NCBI GenBank assembly: GCA_051003155.1
Contig: JBPCLO010000041.1
Coordinates: forward strand, 1 to 64,000
Origin: Fimbriimonadales bacterium
Lineage (GTDB): Bacteria; Armatimonadota; Fimbriimonadia; Fimbriimonadales; ATM1
Reading direction: 5' to 3'
Length of the DNA: 64,000 nt
Shown here: positions 40,077-49,595 of the stretch, one piece after another
Position numbering within the stretch: the first letter of the stretch is position 1
How the letters are laid out: each line of letters starts with the position of its first letter
The notes under the pieces: model-generated
The model's input: the letters and a program-made list of their open reading frames with translations, nothing else
Databases searched by the model: none
Told to the model about the DNA's origin: nothing
Translations under genes and position numbers: made by a program

Positions 40077-41074
40077 GCGATGAAGTCTCCCGTTTTGTCG
40101 GGCGCTTCGCGCGGCCCGCGGGCAAGTTTGTACCCCTGAATCCGCAACCAAATGTTGAGGCGAGACAGCACCGCGTTCATAGGAGGAGGCAAGGCCGCCG
40201 GCTTGGGAATTGGCTCTGCGCGAAAGGAAGCTACGGGAATATTGGCTCTAACCGCGGGTTGCCCTGGCAGGGCCCCGGCTCTCACGTCGAGAAGTTCGGG
40301 CAGATCGCCTCGGCTCGTGGCTCCAATCCTCTCATTCGCACGCCTGCTCGCTTCGGCTATTGCAGAAGTCAATTCTTGGCCCTCCACAAGGTCGATCTGA
40401 GCGGCTTTATCCCTTCCATACTTGTCATATTCCGCGAGCAACGGTCCTATTTGCGCTTCGATCTCCTGGTCGATAACATCAAGTCGCGCGGTGAGTCTAT
40501 CCATCTCCTGTTGCCACTGGCCCTCGACAGCGCTACGGTCGGCTATCGGGAAGAAATTCAACAGCTGAGGCTCGTGCAGGGGCCGGAGTGGCCATTTTGC
40601 AAGCAGCGCCAGGCGGCCAAGAACGTCGCCCCGCTCATCCGCGTGGGTCAGCATGATCGCTTCGACACCCTTGCGCGTAGATTCCGCGTTCTCCAGGAGG
40701 TTTGTTGCAAATTCGGTCCGCTTGTCCGCAGCCGTCGATCTCGCAATGGCTTCCAACTGTGTACGATAGATGTTCTCGAGCCTCACCTGGGCCGCTTCGA
40801 CCTGCGAGGCCATCAGAGCGACAGCGTCCGCTCGGCGTCTTGTCGCAGCTTCCCTGCCCCGGTCGCTAGGCTGCAAGGCAGATAGAAACACCTTAGCCCC
40901 CTGCACCGAACCGGTCAAGCTTACCGATGCTTCCCCGGCCGGTGTGACAACCGCGAGGCTCCGGGCGGCCTTGTGAACATCGACCCAAACGAGCTTGTCC
41001 TCCGGCTTTCCGCAGCCCAACGCTACTGCGAGCGTTAGGCTAAGGGTTGTCGATATCCATGACCTTGAGAGCAT
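40058..41074 (-). CDS. Putative lipoprotein; elongated Skp/OmpH-like protein
   Basis: Lipobox-like VALGC; VWVD strand, long helical middle, QGYKL..DKTGDF tail; sits between skp and lpxD. Confidence 0.6.
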   Translation of the reverse strand: MLSRSWISTTLSLTLAVALGCGKPEDKLVWVDVHKAARSLAVVTPAGEASVSLTGSVQGAKVFLSALQPSDRGREAATRRRADAVALMASQVEAAQVRLENIYRTQLEAIARSTAADKRTEFATNLLENAESTRKGVEAIMLTHADERGDVLGRLALLAKWPLRPLHEPQLLNFFPIADRSAVEGQWQQEMDRLTARLDVIDQEIEAQIGPLLAEYDKYGRDKAAQIDLVEGQELTSAIAEASRRANERIGATSRGDLPELLDVRAGALPGQPAVRANIPVASFRAEPIPKPAALPPPMNAVLSRLNIWLRIQGYKLARGPREAPDKTGDFIAWINHQ

Positions 41075-41678
41075 CGTCGGTAATGTCCGTAGCGCCGTAA
41101 GGGGCGACGTTGGATTCCAGGACAAGGGTGTAGCCATCTCGTTTTCCCACCTTCTGCACGGCGGCCCTTGCCCGATTGAGTACGTCCGCCTGTTTGGCAC
41201 TTGCCTGGGCCTGCATCGCCTGGCCCAACAAATTGTCCAATTGATCTAGCATGTCTTCCGTTCCCTGGGCTAGGCTCGACATTTCGCGAATCTTTGTCTG
41301 CTCTTCCTGGGTGGGGTTGAGCTTGCTGATCAGGGTTCGTAATTCGTCGCTATTCTTCTGCGCAGCCGTCTTTATCGCTTCCATCTCCGTAGTTTGTGCG
41401 GGGGTCGGTTTTTCCGCACGCCAAGTTTCGACTAGCTTGGAAGCGTCCTCCCGCTTCATCACCTTATTCGTGTTCATAAATTGAATGAGAGAGCTGTACT
41501 TAGTTCTCAAACTGTCGAAGTTTTTCTTTTCCCTCATTCCCAGCTTAGACTTTTCGGCGAGGTCCGCCAAATTCACAACTGCAAACTTCATCGTTTGCGG
41601 CTGAAACGCAGTCAACGCAAATCCGGCCAAGCCTATTACAGCCACAAACAAGACAATACTCATTTTTCGATCGATCAT
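41040..41678 (-). CDS. skp: OmpH/Skp periplasmic chaperone
   Basis: Signal peptide; FAVVN, helical arms, GYTLVL..YGATDITDD. Confidence 0.85.
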   Translation of the reverse strand: MIDRKMSIVLFVAVIGLAGFALTAFQPQTMKFAVVNLADLAEKSKLGMREKKNFDSLRTKYSSLIQFMNTNKVMKREDASKLVETWRAEKPTPAQTTEMEAIKTAAQKNSDELRTLISKLNPTQEEQTKIREMSSLAQGTEDMLDQLDNLLGQAMQAQASAKQADVLNRARAAVQKVGKRDGYTLVLESNVAPYGATDITDDALKVMDIDNP

Positions 41679-41697
41679 GTAATTACTCCTAAACTAT

Positions 41698-43509
41698 TTA
41701 GAAACTGCCGCCAATTAGAAAGTGCGTGCGCGGGTTCCCCTTATCATCGAACCCGAGGTCAAGACGGATAGGTCCGAATGGCGTTTTGAAATTAATTCCG
41801 ATCCCATAGCCCAAATGCAAATTCAGGTTCGGAGACTGGGTGAATTCCCTCACGGTCCCATACCCGTTCCAAGCCCCACCGTAATCTACGAAGCCGATAA
41901 TATTGAAGGACTGTTGGATGGGATAGCGATATTCGAGTTGCGCGAGGAAAGCGTTCCTCCCCCAAAAGCGGTCTTCAGCGTATCCGCGGACTCCGTTGGA
42001 ACCGCCTACGAAAAACTGTTCCACGAACGGTACTTCTCCGGCGATATATCCAGCGAAAATGCGAGTGGCGATGACTTTGCGCGGCTGGTCGAATTCCTCA
42101 GGCTTTCTCGCCGGGCCGCTGCTGAAATACTTCCGGAAATCCATAATAAACTTCCCGAAAAAGTTGGAACCCAGAATAGGATAGCCCGTCGTCAAGCCGC
42201 CGACCGATGAAATATTCGAGTAGCTCGGCTCGAACGCAAGCCGCAACCAATCGCCCCGCGAGGGATCGACGCTGTTGTCACGGCGGTTCCGCACGACTCC
42301 CAGCATCAACGTTGCTACATCTCCATCCTGTACGATGAACTCCTCGCCCGGGTCGGGAGTGAAGTTAATCGTGTCGATGTTTTCGGCCTTGATGCCGATG
42401 TTGCCACGCGTCTCATTGTTGAATGGGCGGGATATGCCGATCGAGCCCCCAGTGCGCCTTTGCGAAAACCGGTCCTCCTCATTCAAACTTCCGCCGCCGA
42501 TACCGAAGAGAGAACCTCCAAATACGAGTGACTGGCGGGAGTAGATGCTTGCGTTCAACGCGGTGCGGCGATCGTCCAGGAACGGGTCGCCGTAGTCGAG
42601 CGACAGGCTCGTGCCCAACCCTTGGGCAGATTGCAACAAATTAATCCCAACAGACTTGCCGGTGCCTTTCAAGTTCGTTTCGGTCAGCGTGAGCAGCCCC
42701 GCTAGGTTATTGCGAGGGTCGACCTGGAGGCCGACATTGAACAAGCCTGTCCGCCCCTCCTGTACCCGCACGATCAGTTCGACTTTGCCCAAGTCCGGTT
42801 CGTTGCTATCGGGGTCGATGCTGTCGAACCAGCGGGTATCAACGATTCGGCGGAGGTCCTCGGACCACGTCCGCTGGTTCAAGAGGTCGCCTTCCTTGGT
42901 ATCGATCAGCTTGTCGAATATCGAGCGCCTGGTACGCAGCTTGCTTCCTGCAACCGGTTCGATTGTGATCTTGCTTACGCGCGCTTCGACGATCTCGACG
43001 AGTAGCTTGGTCGGTTTCTGTGAATCCGGTTCGAATTTGCTGATCCTGGCGAAGTAGCCTTCCGTACGATAGAGTTCGCTGATAGCGGTTGCGGCTTTGT
43101 CGAGGAGCGACACGTTGAGAACTTGGCCAGGCTGTATCCCGGGTGTGCTGACCTTGGCAAAAACGTCGAGAATCTTCGTGTCGTCGAAAACCGTGTTCCC
43201 GCTGATATCGATTTCTTCGATCTTCGGCCACTCAACTACTTGGACGACGACCCGATAGGTGTTATCTTGAAGCAACTGGCCGAACACTCGAACGTCCTGG
43301 AAAAAACCCATGGCTTCGATGCTTTGCCGGTCACGAGTGAGCTGGGCTTCCTGGTAGATTTGCCCCTCCTTGGTTCTCATAACGGATTTGATGGTGTCCT
43401 CGTTGACGTTGACGTCTCCCTCGACATCGATCGTACTAACGATTTGCTGCGCGAACGCCGTCCCAAATGCTGCAAGGAGAACGGCCATCAATGTAAAACG
43501 CTTAATCAA
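41698..43509 (-). CDS. bamA: Outer-membrane assembly factor BamA (about 3 POTRA domains)
   Basis: POTRA repeats, VRGY motif, TPFGPIRLD, terminal Phe; TTG start with GAGGA. Confidence 0.9.
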   Translation of the reverse strand: MIKRFTLMAVLLAAFGTAFAQQIVSTIDVEGDVNVNEDTIKSVMRTKEGQIYQEAQLTRDRQSIEAMGFFQDVRVFGQLLQDNTYRVVVQVVEWPKIEEIDISGNTVFDDTKILDVFAKVSTPGIQPGQVLNVSLLDKAATAISELYRTEGYFARISKFEPDSQKPTKLLVEIVEARVSKITIEPVAGSKLRTRRSIFDKLIDTKEGDLLNQRTWSEDLRRIVDTRWFDSIDPDSNEPDLGKVELIVRVQEGRTGLFNVGLQVDPRNNLAGLLTLTETNLKGTGKSVGINLLQSAQGLGTSLSLDYGDPFLDDRRTALNASIYSRQSLVFGGSLFGIGGGSLNEEDRFSQRRTGGSIGISRPFNNETRGNIGIKAENIDTINFTPDPGEEFIVQDGDVATLMLGVVRNRRDNSVDPSRGDWLRLAFEPSYSNISSVGGLTTGYPILGSNFFGKFIMDFRKYFSSGPARKPEEFDQPRKVIATRIFAGYIAGEVPFVEQFFVGGSNGVRGYAEDRFWGRNAFLAQLEYRYPIQQSFNIIGFVDYGGAWNGYGTVREFTQSPNLNLHLGYGIGINFKTPFGPIRLDLGFDDKGNPRTHFLIGGSF

Positions 43510-43526
43510 ATCTTCCTCCGTGAAGC

Positions 43527-44084
43527 CTATGCTTTCAGATGCGGCGCCAAAGTTTGGCGCAGTTGTTGCCTGGCGCGCGCCAACCGGCTTCTCACCGCTT
43601 CCACCGTGATTCCCATCACTTCCGCGATCTGCTCGTAGCTTAGCCCTTCTATGTCTTTCAGAACAACACATTCCTTGTAGCCGGGCTGCAAATCCCGTAT
43701 CGCCCTCACCAGCACCCCCCTGAGTTCACCTGTTTCCGCACTCTGATCGGGTGTTCGACCGCTGTCGAACAATGCCTTTGCTGACTCCGCGAAATCGTCT
43801 GACAAAGACAACGTCTCCTTCTCCCGCTTTCGAGCCTCGCGCCCTATTCGGTCCTTGTTTAGATTCACCAATATCCGGTAAAGCCATGTGTAAGCACGGG
43901 ACTCCTTTCGAAAGTTCTTCCATCCGCGGAATGCCCGCAAGAACGTCTCCTGCGTTAGATCGGCGGCATCGTCCTGATTCTCGGAAAGCCTGAGGGCCAC
44001 TCCATAGATTCGACGCTCGTATAAGGCAACCAGCCTCTCGAAGTCTTCTATGGCCCACGCCCATCGTCGGCTGCCGGCAAGCAC
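43527..44084 (-). CDS. ECF sigma-70 factor
   Basis: DAADLTQETFL, TWLYRI, GLSYEQIA, VRSRLARAR. Confidence 0.9.
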   Translation of the reverse strand: MLAGSRRWAWAIEDFERLVALYERRIYGVALRLSENQDDAADLTQETFLRAFRGWKNFRKESRAYTWLYRILVNLNKDRIGREARKREKETLSLSDDFAESAKALFDSGRTPDQSAETGELRGVLVRAIRDLQPGYKECVVLKDIEGLSYEQIAEVMGITVEAVRSRLARARQQLRQTLAPHLKA

Positions 44085-44113
44085 TTAGACATGGCGCGAG
44101 TGGCTTCGTTTCC
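44085..44113 (-). promoter_or_regulatory. Candidate ECF-sigma promoter
   Basis: GGAAAC-N17-GTCTAA on the minus strand, directly upstream of the ECF sigma gene. Confidence 0.5.
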
Positions 44114-44126
44114 AGGTTTTTTCACA

Positions 44127-47100
44127 TTAGAACCGCCTTGAATACGACAACGTCGCCTTAAGAAGCCCGTCTCTGGTCGCCGCCACGCCGAGGGCTAGCC
44201 TGCCGAGAATCGGGTTGCTCGATGGCAGCCGGTAGTTAAGCCTGATCTCTTCCAACGACTCGCCCGTTAGTGCGAACTGCTCAAGTACTCTACGGTATTC
44301 GAGCGTGAATCCGTTACCGAGGGACTTCGCGATCGTGATCCCTCCGACGCCCGCCGGGCTGAAGTCGAGCGCCAAATAATCCAACCCCAGCGCCTCTTCC
44401 AAAGGCCGTGTTATCTGACTGAGCAGTGCGGGTGCGGCCACGGAAGCAAGAATGTTTTTAATCTGGGAGTTGAAATCACCGAATCCGGCTGCGGCCACGT
44501 TCTCGAATAGCTGCTTCTGGCCCAAAATCGCTAAGATCTGGCTCTGAGACAGGTCAGGTGGGTCGCTCACCGCGTCGATGCGCAAGGCTTCTTCGCTCAG
44601 AAGGTCGCCGCTGATGCGCATGTCGACCGTGTAGCGCTGAGTACCGAAACCGGCGTCGGCCGTTATGCGCGTGGTTGCGTTGAGATCTACGAGTAGCGTC
44701 GCGGTGGTATCGCCTCGCCAGTCCTTGCTGTACTTGAAGTCCGCGGTGCCTCCCCGTTCAAAACGAATGCGTCCCGTGGGAAGGGTGACGTCGCCCGCGT
44801 CTAATTGCAGCGCCAGCTCGGCGTTCAAGTTGGACCATCGCCCTTTCACCTCTCCGCTTCCTGTGGCCCGCGCATCCAACGGGCCGCTCGATATTCGGCT
44901 GCTGACGATTTGGAGCGTTACGTCGAACAGCGGGTCCACGGGCAAGTTAGCCGCTGTCGTGGACTCCGGAAACTCTCCGGCGACGTCCAGAACAACGTCG
45001 CTCAGGGAGATACTTCCCGAAACCACGGGCTTAAGAACGTCACCGGTTAAGGCGAGGTCCGTGCTGATGGTCCCCTTCGTAACCGTCTCGGTTCCGAATC
45101 CTTGCATGACCGCGAAATCTGTAAATCGGAGATGACAATCGGCCTGAGTTCCAACCGGCAAGAATCTCCACTCATTGAGGTCGACGTGCGCCTCCAACAA
45201 GAGGCCGGGGCCGCCGCCAGGAGGCGGGCTGAGGCTGCTGTCCGCACTAGCAAAGAGCTTTAGGACTGGACCTTCCAACTGAACCTTCGCAGATGCGCCG
45301 ACGAGCGGCGTGTCGAACCCTTTGAATTTGATCTGATCGGCGGACGCGCTGACCGCCCCCCGGACATCGAGAGTATCGAGGGTCCCAGAAACAACTAGTT
45401 CGCCCCCCTCCAGGGTTCCACGCGTCTGATCGGCAACGACGCCGAAGAACTCGCTAACGTCTGATATGGACGTGTTCGGAACCTGAATGCGCGCAAAAAT
45501 GGGCTCGTTTCGTGGTATCGATCCCGGATAGTGAAAAGGAATCGAAAGTTCTTGCAACGTTGCCCTGAGGTCTCTTATCTCCACTGATCCGACAATGTCG
45601 CTCGACGGTGCATTACGATCCCATGACTTCCCGGATATGACCCCCTCGCGAATGTACAGCGGGTTCGTAATGACGTCGACCGGAAACTCGCCCCACTTCA
45701 CATTGTCTGTGTCTATCGACGCGGTTATCAGGGGCGACCTCGCTTCGCCTTCTGCAATGAATGAGAAGCTGGCCGTACCCGTGAGGCCGTTTAGCGTGGG
45801 GTCGATGTTTTCGAGCCACTTCAGTTCTATGTTATAGAACTCGCCATCGAGAAGCAGCTTTCCATTCTCATCGATGTAATTTTGGGCGGTCTCGTTCAGC
45901 TTGAAGCTTGCAGGACCATCGAAGAGGCGAGCTTTCTCGAACACATACAGATCGCCTTCCTTCATAACGAAAGCTTCTGCGCGGCCCATTTCTCGGCCCT
46001 CGTATTTCAGGCCGTCCGCTGAAAATTCCAATGTTCCGCTAGCAACGTCCCATTTGGTTCCCTGCTTATTGGCGGCGATCTCTTTGGCGCTCAAAGTGAA
46101 AGTGCCGTCTAGCTTCTTTAGCTCCTCTCGGACCTCGAAAGAGAGTTGATCCTTGAACGCCGCGGAGGCGATGCGGCTCGCGTCCTTGACGCTCAGATTG
46201 GAGGCATAGAGAGAGGCGGTGAGTACTTTCGAGTCGAGGTCGTACGATCCGTTGTCCACAACGACATATTTGTCGTCGTCGGCTACCTCGCCGATGCCGC
46301 CGCTGCCACCTTCAAATTTCACCTTTCGCCCAGCCACTTCGGCGGATAAGTACCCTCCTCCAATCGGCTCACCGTTCAGAACGAGGTCGCGAGCCTGAAC
46401 CGAGCCGACCCCGCTTACCAGCTTGCCGGCTCGAAAACTGGCCATCGCTTTGCCGTTCAAAAGCCCCTCGATGCTCGCGGCTCCTTCCAAATAAGGTTCG
46501 AAAACGTTCGCGGGAACGTCGGTGAGGCTCGCAACGATCTGGCTGTCCTTCGTGGGGCTCCAACCACCCGTGACCTCCAGCAGGCCGGTGCCGACATTCG
46601 CCGAAGCTTTGTCGATAGTGAGCCCGCCGCCCCGCCAGTGTGCAGTTGCCTGCGCATTCTTGATCTCGATTCGGTCTGCGAGAAGGCTGTCGGCCGTCAG
46701 TTCTGCCGCCACGCTCGGATCCGAGGTGGTGCCGCCCAGCGTCCAGTTGCCCGTGGCCAAGCCCATGATCTGGTCCTGTGCAAACTCGCCGACTCCCAGA
46801 TCGAGGATTTTGCCGCTACCCTGTAGCGAGCTATTGCGATTAAAGTCGACCGATGCGTCGCCGGTGATTAGCGTCACCCCGCTACGAGCCTCGAAGCGGC
46901 GAGCGGAGAGCACTTTGTTCCTGTAGCCGAGGTTCGCCGAGAAGAAAGGCAAAGAGTACTCTTCTATGTTTACCGAGTAAGCCTCGACTAATCCTGTGAC
47001 GACCGGATTCGCTGCCGAGCCCCTCACCGTGACGTCACCGTACGCGATGCCGTCAACAGTCGAGCCTGGGAGCCTGCCCAAATCGATGGCATTGGCGGCG

Positions 47101-48710
47101 ACTTTTAGGTCCAATTTACGCCCGTCGAGCGAAACGGAGCCCCTCCCACGCAGGAGGCCGCTTTGACCCGCAACCTCCGCCGCAGTGACGAATAGTCTGC
47201 CATCCTTGAGATTTCCTGTAATGCCGAAGTCGACACGCTCGCGGTGGCGTTCGTCATCGATCTTAAACGCGACAAGCGCGTCTCCCGACGCGCGAAGCGT
47301 CGCGGTGGGTTTGGTCGCCGAACCGCCGAACAAAACCTGAAGATCGGCGACGCCGCGCAAAACCGTGTCGCGAGGCACACCCGGCAGCCTCGTCACATCG
47401 ACGTTGTCCGCGACCAAGTAGCCTTTGACAGTGGGCTTGTCTCCCAGAAGGACCATTAGCTCGGACCGGGCGGCCGCTCCCAAAAGGTTGCCCTTCAGGC
47501 CGCTCAGCCGCAGCGTCTTCCCGTCCGAAACGACTACGGACCTGACATTCAAAGCCTGATATTCTTGGAACGATGCCGAGGTCGCTTTGACGTTGCCGGC
47601 AGCGAGCATCCTGTCGCCGAATCCGAGTTTGCCTGAATAGCTCGCGTTACGGAAAGAGAGCTCCCTGGGAATCAATTCGCCCGCATATCTTCGTGCCGTC
47701 GATTCGTTGGCTGCAAATATCTCACCCTCTAGTTGCCCCGCAAGATCAGGTGAGTACCGCACTGTCCCCGTCGCCCTTCCTCGCACCCCGGTTCCGGAGG
47801 CCGCAAAATCCCCGGTAGCGAGCCGCTCGGTAAAAGCGCCTTCGAAACGGGCCGTGTCAAACCGACGCTTGAAAGCAATGACTTTCGACGCGTCTACCGA
47901 ACCGTCCCCTCGCACCCGCCATTCGGCCTTCCCGTCCTTCAGCATCGGCTGAATGGTCAACGCCCCGGCGTAGTGCACATTCGATGCCGTCCAGTTGTGA
48001 AGCCAATCGACGGCGCGTAGATTCTTCCACTGGGCGAAGTACTCCTTCAAAGGCATAATGCTTAGCTTGGGGCTTTGAAGTTGGACAAACTGCACATCTT
48101 CGGTCGTGGCGTCGAGTACCCCAGACACCTGGCCAACCCCTTCCACCAGCCCATCGAAGTCTATGGTCGCGCCATCTTCAGTGCCGGCTGCGGAGAAATC
48201 AGTAAGGGCGCCACGCCACTCCTGTGGCCGTTTGACATGCCAATCCCGAAACACGATCCGCGTGTTTTTCGCTTCGATTACGTAGGCTGTCTCGGCCGGT
48301 TCCTCGTCCGTAGGAATCGGAACGACGTCTTGGAAGCTCCACGAGCCGTCTTCGTAGCGCTGGACGACCAAGTCTCCCCCATCGACCTGCACATCGTAGG
48401 CGCGCCTTTCAGGGATCCATGGCAGAAGCAACTTGACGCGTAAGCGTTCGGCCCTTGCAACAGCGGGCGTCTTCACCTCATTGAGCGTGATGCCCTCGGC
48501 GGATAGCACACCGTTCTTAAGGTCGATCCGGGCAGTCTCGGCGGTTGCTACGACCTCCCCGTGCTTGCCCTCATAAGAAAACGAGACGTCGTTTAAGGGG
48601 TCTTGGAAGTACTGAAGGTAGCCGCGCAAATAGACACCCGCCCAGATGGCCAACAATAAGGGCGGGAGCGCGCACAGTATCCATACGCCCGGTCCCCAGG
48701 CTCGCTTCAA
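44127..48710 (-). CDS. tamB: TamB/AsmA-like translocation and assembly protein
   Basis: 1527 aa, N-terminal TM, repetitive beta pattern, SDPPDLSQSQILAIL (DUF490-like); upstream of bamA. Confidence 0.85.
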   Translation of the reverse strand: MKRAWGPGVWILCALPPLLLAIWAGVYLRGYLQYFQDPLNDVSFSYEGKHGEVVATAETARIDLKNGVLSAEGITLNEVKTPAVARAERLRVKLLLPWIPERRAYDVQVDGGDLVVQRYEDGSWSFQDVVPIPTDEEPAETAYVIEAKNTRIVFRDWHVKRPQEWRGALTDFSAAGTEDGATIDFDGLVEGVGQVSGVLDATTEDVQFVQLQSPKLSIMPLKEYFAQWKNLRAVDWLHNWTASNVHYAGALTIQPMLKDGKAEWRVRGDGSVDASKVIAFKRRFDTARFEGAFTERLATGDFAASGTGVRGRATGTVRYSPDLAGQLEGEIFAANESTARRYAGELIPRELSFRNASYSGKLGFGDRMLAAGNVKATSASFQEYQALNVRSVVVSDGKTLRLSGLKGNLLGAAARSELMVLLGDKPTVKGYLVADNVDVTRLPGVPRDTVLRGVADLQVLFGGSATKPTATLRASGDALVAFKIDDERHRERVDFGITGNLKDGRLFVTAAEVAGQSGLLRGRGSVSLDGRKLDLKVAANAIDLGRLPGSTVDGIAYGDVTVRGSAANPVVTGLVEAYSVNIEEYSLPFFSANLGYRNKVLSARRFEARSGVTLITGDASVDFNRNSSLQGSGKILDLGVGEFAQDQIMGLATGNWTLGGTTSDPSVAAELTADSLLADRIEIKNAQATAHWRGGGLTIDKASANVGTGLLEVTGGWSPTKDSQIVASLTDVPANVFEPYLEGAASIEGLLNGKAMASFRAGKLVSGVGSVQARDLVLNGEPIGGGYLSAEVAGRKVKFEGGSGGIGEVADDDKYVVVDNGSYDLDSKVLTASLYASNLSVKDASRIASAAFKDQLSFEVREELKKLDGTFTLSAKEIAANKQGTKWDVASGTLEFSADGLKYEGREMGRAEAFVMKEGDLYVFEKARLFDGPASFKLNETAQNYIDENGKLLLDGEFYNIELKWLENIDPTLNGLTGTASFSFIAEGEARSPLITASIDTDNVKWGEFPVDVITNPLYIREGVISGKSWDRNAPSSDIVGSVEIRDLRATLQELSIPFHYPGSIPRNEPIFARIQVPNTSISDVSEFFGVVADQTRGTLEGGELVVSGTLDTLDVRGAVSASADQIKFKGFDTPLVGASAKVQLEGPVLKLFASADSSLSPPPGGGPGLLLEAHVDLNEWRFLPVGTQADCHLRFTDFAVMQGFGTETVTKGTISTDLALTGDVLKPVVSGSISLSDVVLDVAGEFPESTTAANLPVDPLFDVTLQIVSSRISSGPLDARATGSGEVKGRWSNLNAELALQLDAGDVTLPTGRIRFERGGTADFKYSKDWRGDTTATLLVDLNATTRITADAGFGTQRYTVDMRISGDLLSEEALRIDAVSDPPDLSQSQILAILGQKQLFENVAAAGFGDFNSQIKNILASVAAPALLSQITRPLEEALGLDYLALDFSPAGVGGITIAKSLGNGFTLEYRRVLEQFALTGESLEEIRLNYRLPSSNPILGRLALGVAATRDGLLKATLSYSRRF

Positions 48711-49595
48711 TTACACCTCGGCTGCGATGAGTCGCTCCGCCATCACTTTCTCGCTGAAGGCGATCGCGTTATACGAACTACGAATGAACGGGCCGGACGC
48801 TACGAACGCGAAGCCCATTTCCTCGCCTATTTTCTCATACTCCTTGAACTTGTTAGGATGTACGAAGGTATTGACGGGCAAGTGCCGCATAGTAGGTCGC
48901 AAATATTGGCCAATCGTTACCGCGTCCACCCCGATTTTTCGCAGGTCGGCGAGCACGGAGACGACTTCTTCCTGAGTTTCACCCAACCCGAGCATGATTC
49001 CGGACTTCGTGTATATGCCCTCGTCGATTTCCTTTACTTTCGCCAGGAGGCCCAAGGAGCGGTCGTATTTGGCTTGCGGCCTAACGATGGTGTGAAGCCG
49101 CGGCACGGTTTCGACGTTGTGGTTGTAGATTTCCGGCTTCGCATCGCAGACGGTTCTCAGGCAATCTTCGCGGCCCTTGAAGTCCGGAGTCAGAACTTCG
49201 ACGATGGTGCTTGGAGTGACCTTGTGGATAGCTTCGATGGTCTTTGCGAACTGTCCGGCGCCCTGGTCGGGCATGTCGTCACGGGCGACGCTCGTGACGA
49301 CCACATGCTTGAGGCCTAAATCGCGCGTGACCTCGGCGACGTGCATCGACTCGTGAGGATCGATCATAAGGCCACGTCCGACCTTGATCGCGCAGAAGCC
49401 GCACGATCTTGTACAAGTATCGCCCAAAATCATGAACGTAGCGATCTTCTTCGACCAGCATTCCGGAAGGTTCGGGCACCGTGCACTCTCGCAGACCGTG
49501 TGAAGGCTCTTCATGCGCATCATCTGCTCGACCTCTCTTATTGTGTCGGGCCGCGCGATGCGTATCGTGAGCCACTCAGGGAGACGCTGGTTCAT
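48711..49595 (-). CDS. lipA: Lipoyl synthase
   Basis: CESARCPNLPEC, CTRSCGFC, NHNVETV, RSSY. Confidence 0.96.
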   Translation of the reverse strand: MNQRLPEWLTIRIARPDTIREVEQMMRMKSLHTVCESARCPNLPECWSKKIATFMILGDTCTRSCGFCAIKVGRGLMIDPHESMHVAEVTRDLGLKHVVVTSVARDDMPDQGAGQFAKTIEAIHKVTPSTIVEVLTPDFKGREDCLRTVCDAKPEIYNHNVETVPRLHTIVRPQAKYDRSLGLLAKVKEIDEGIYTKSGIMLGLGETQEEVVSVLADLRKIGVDAVTIGQYLRPTMRHLPVNTFVHPNKFKEYEKIGEEMGFAFVASGPFIRSSYNAIAFSEKVMAERLIAAEV

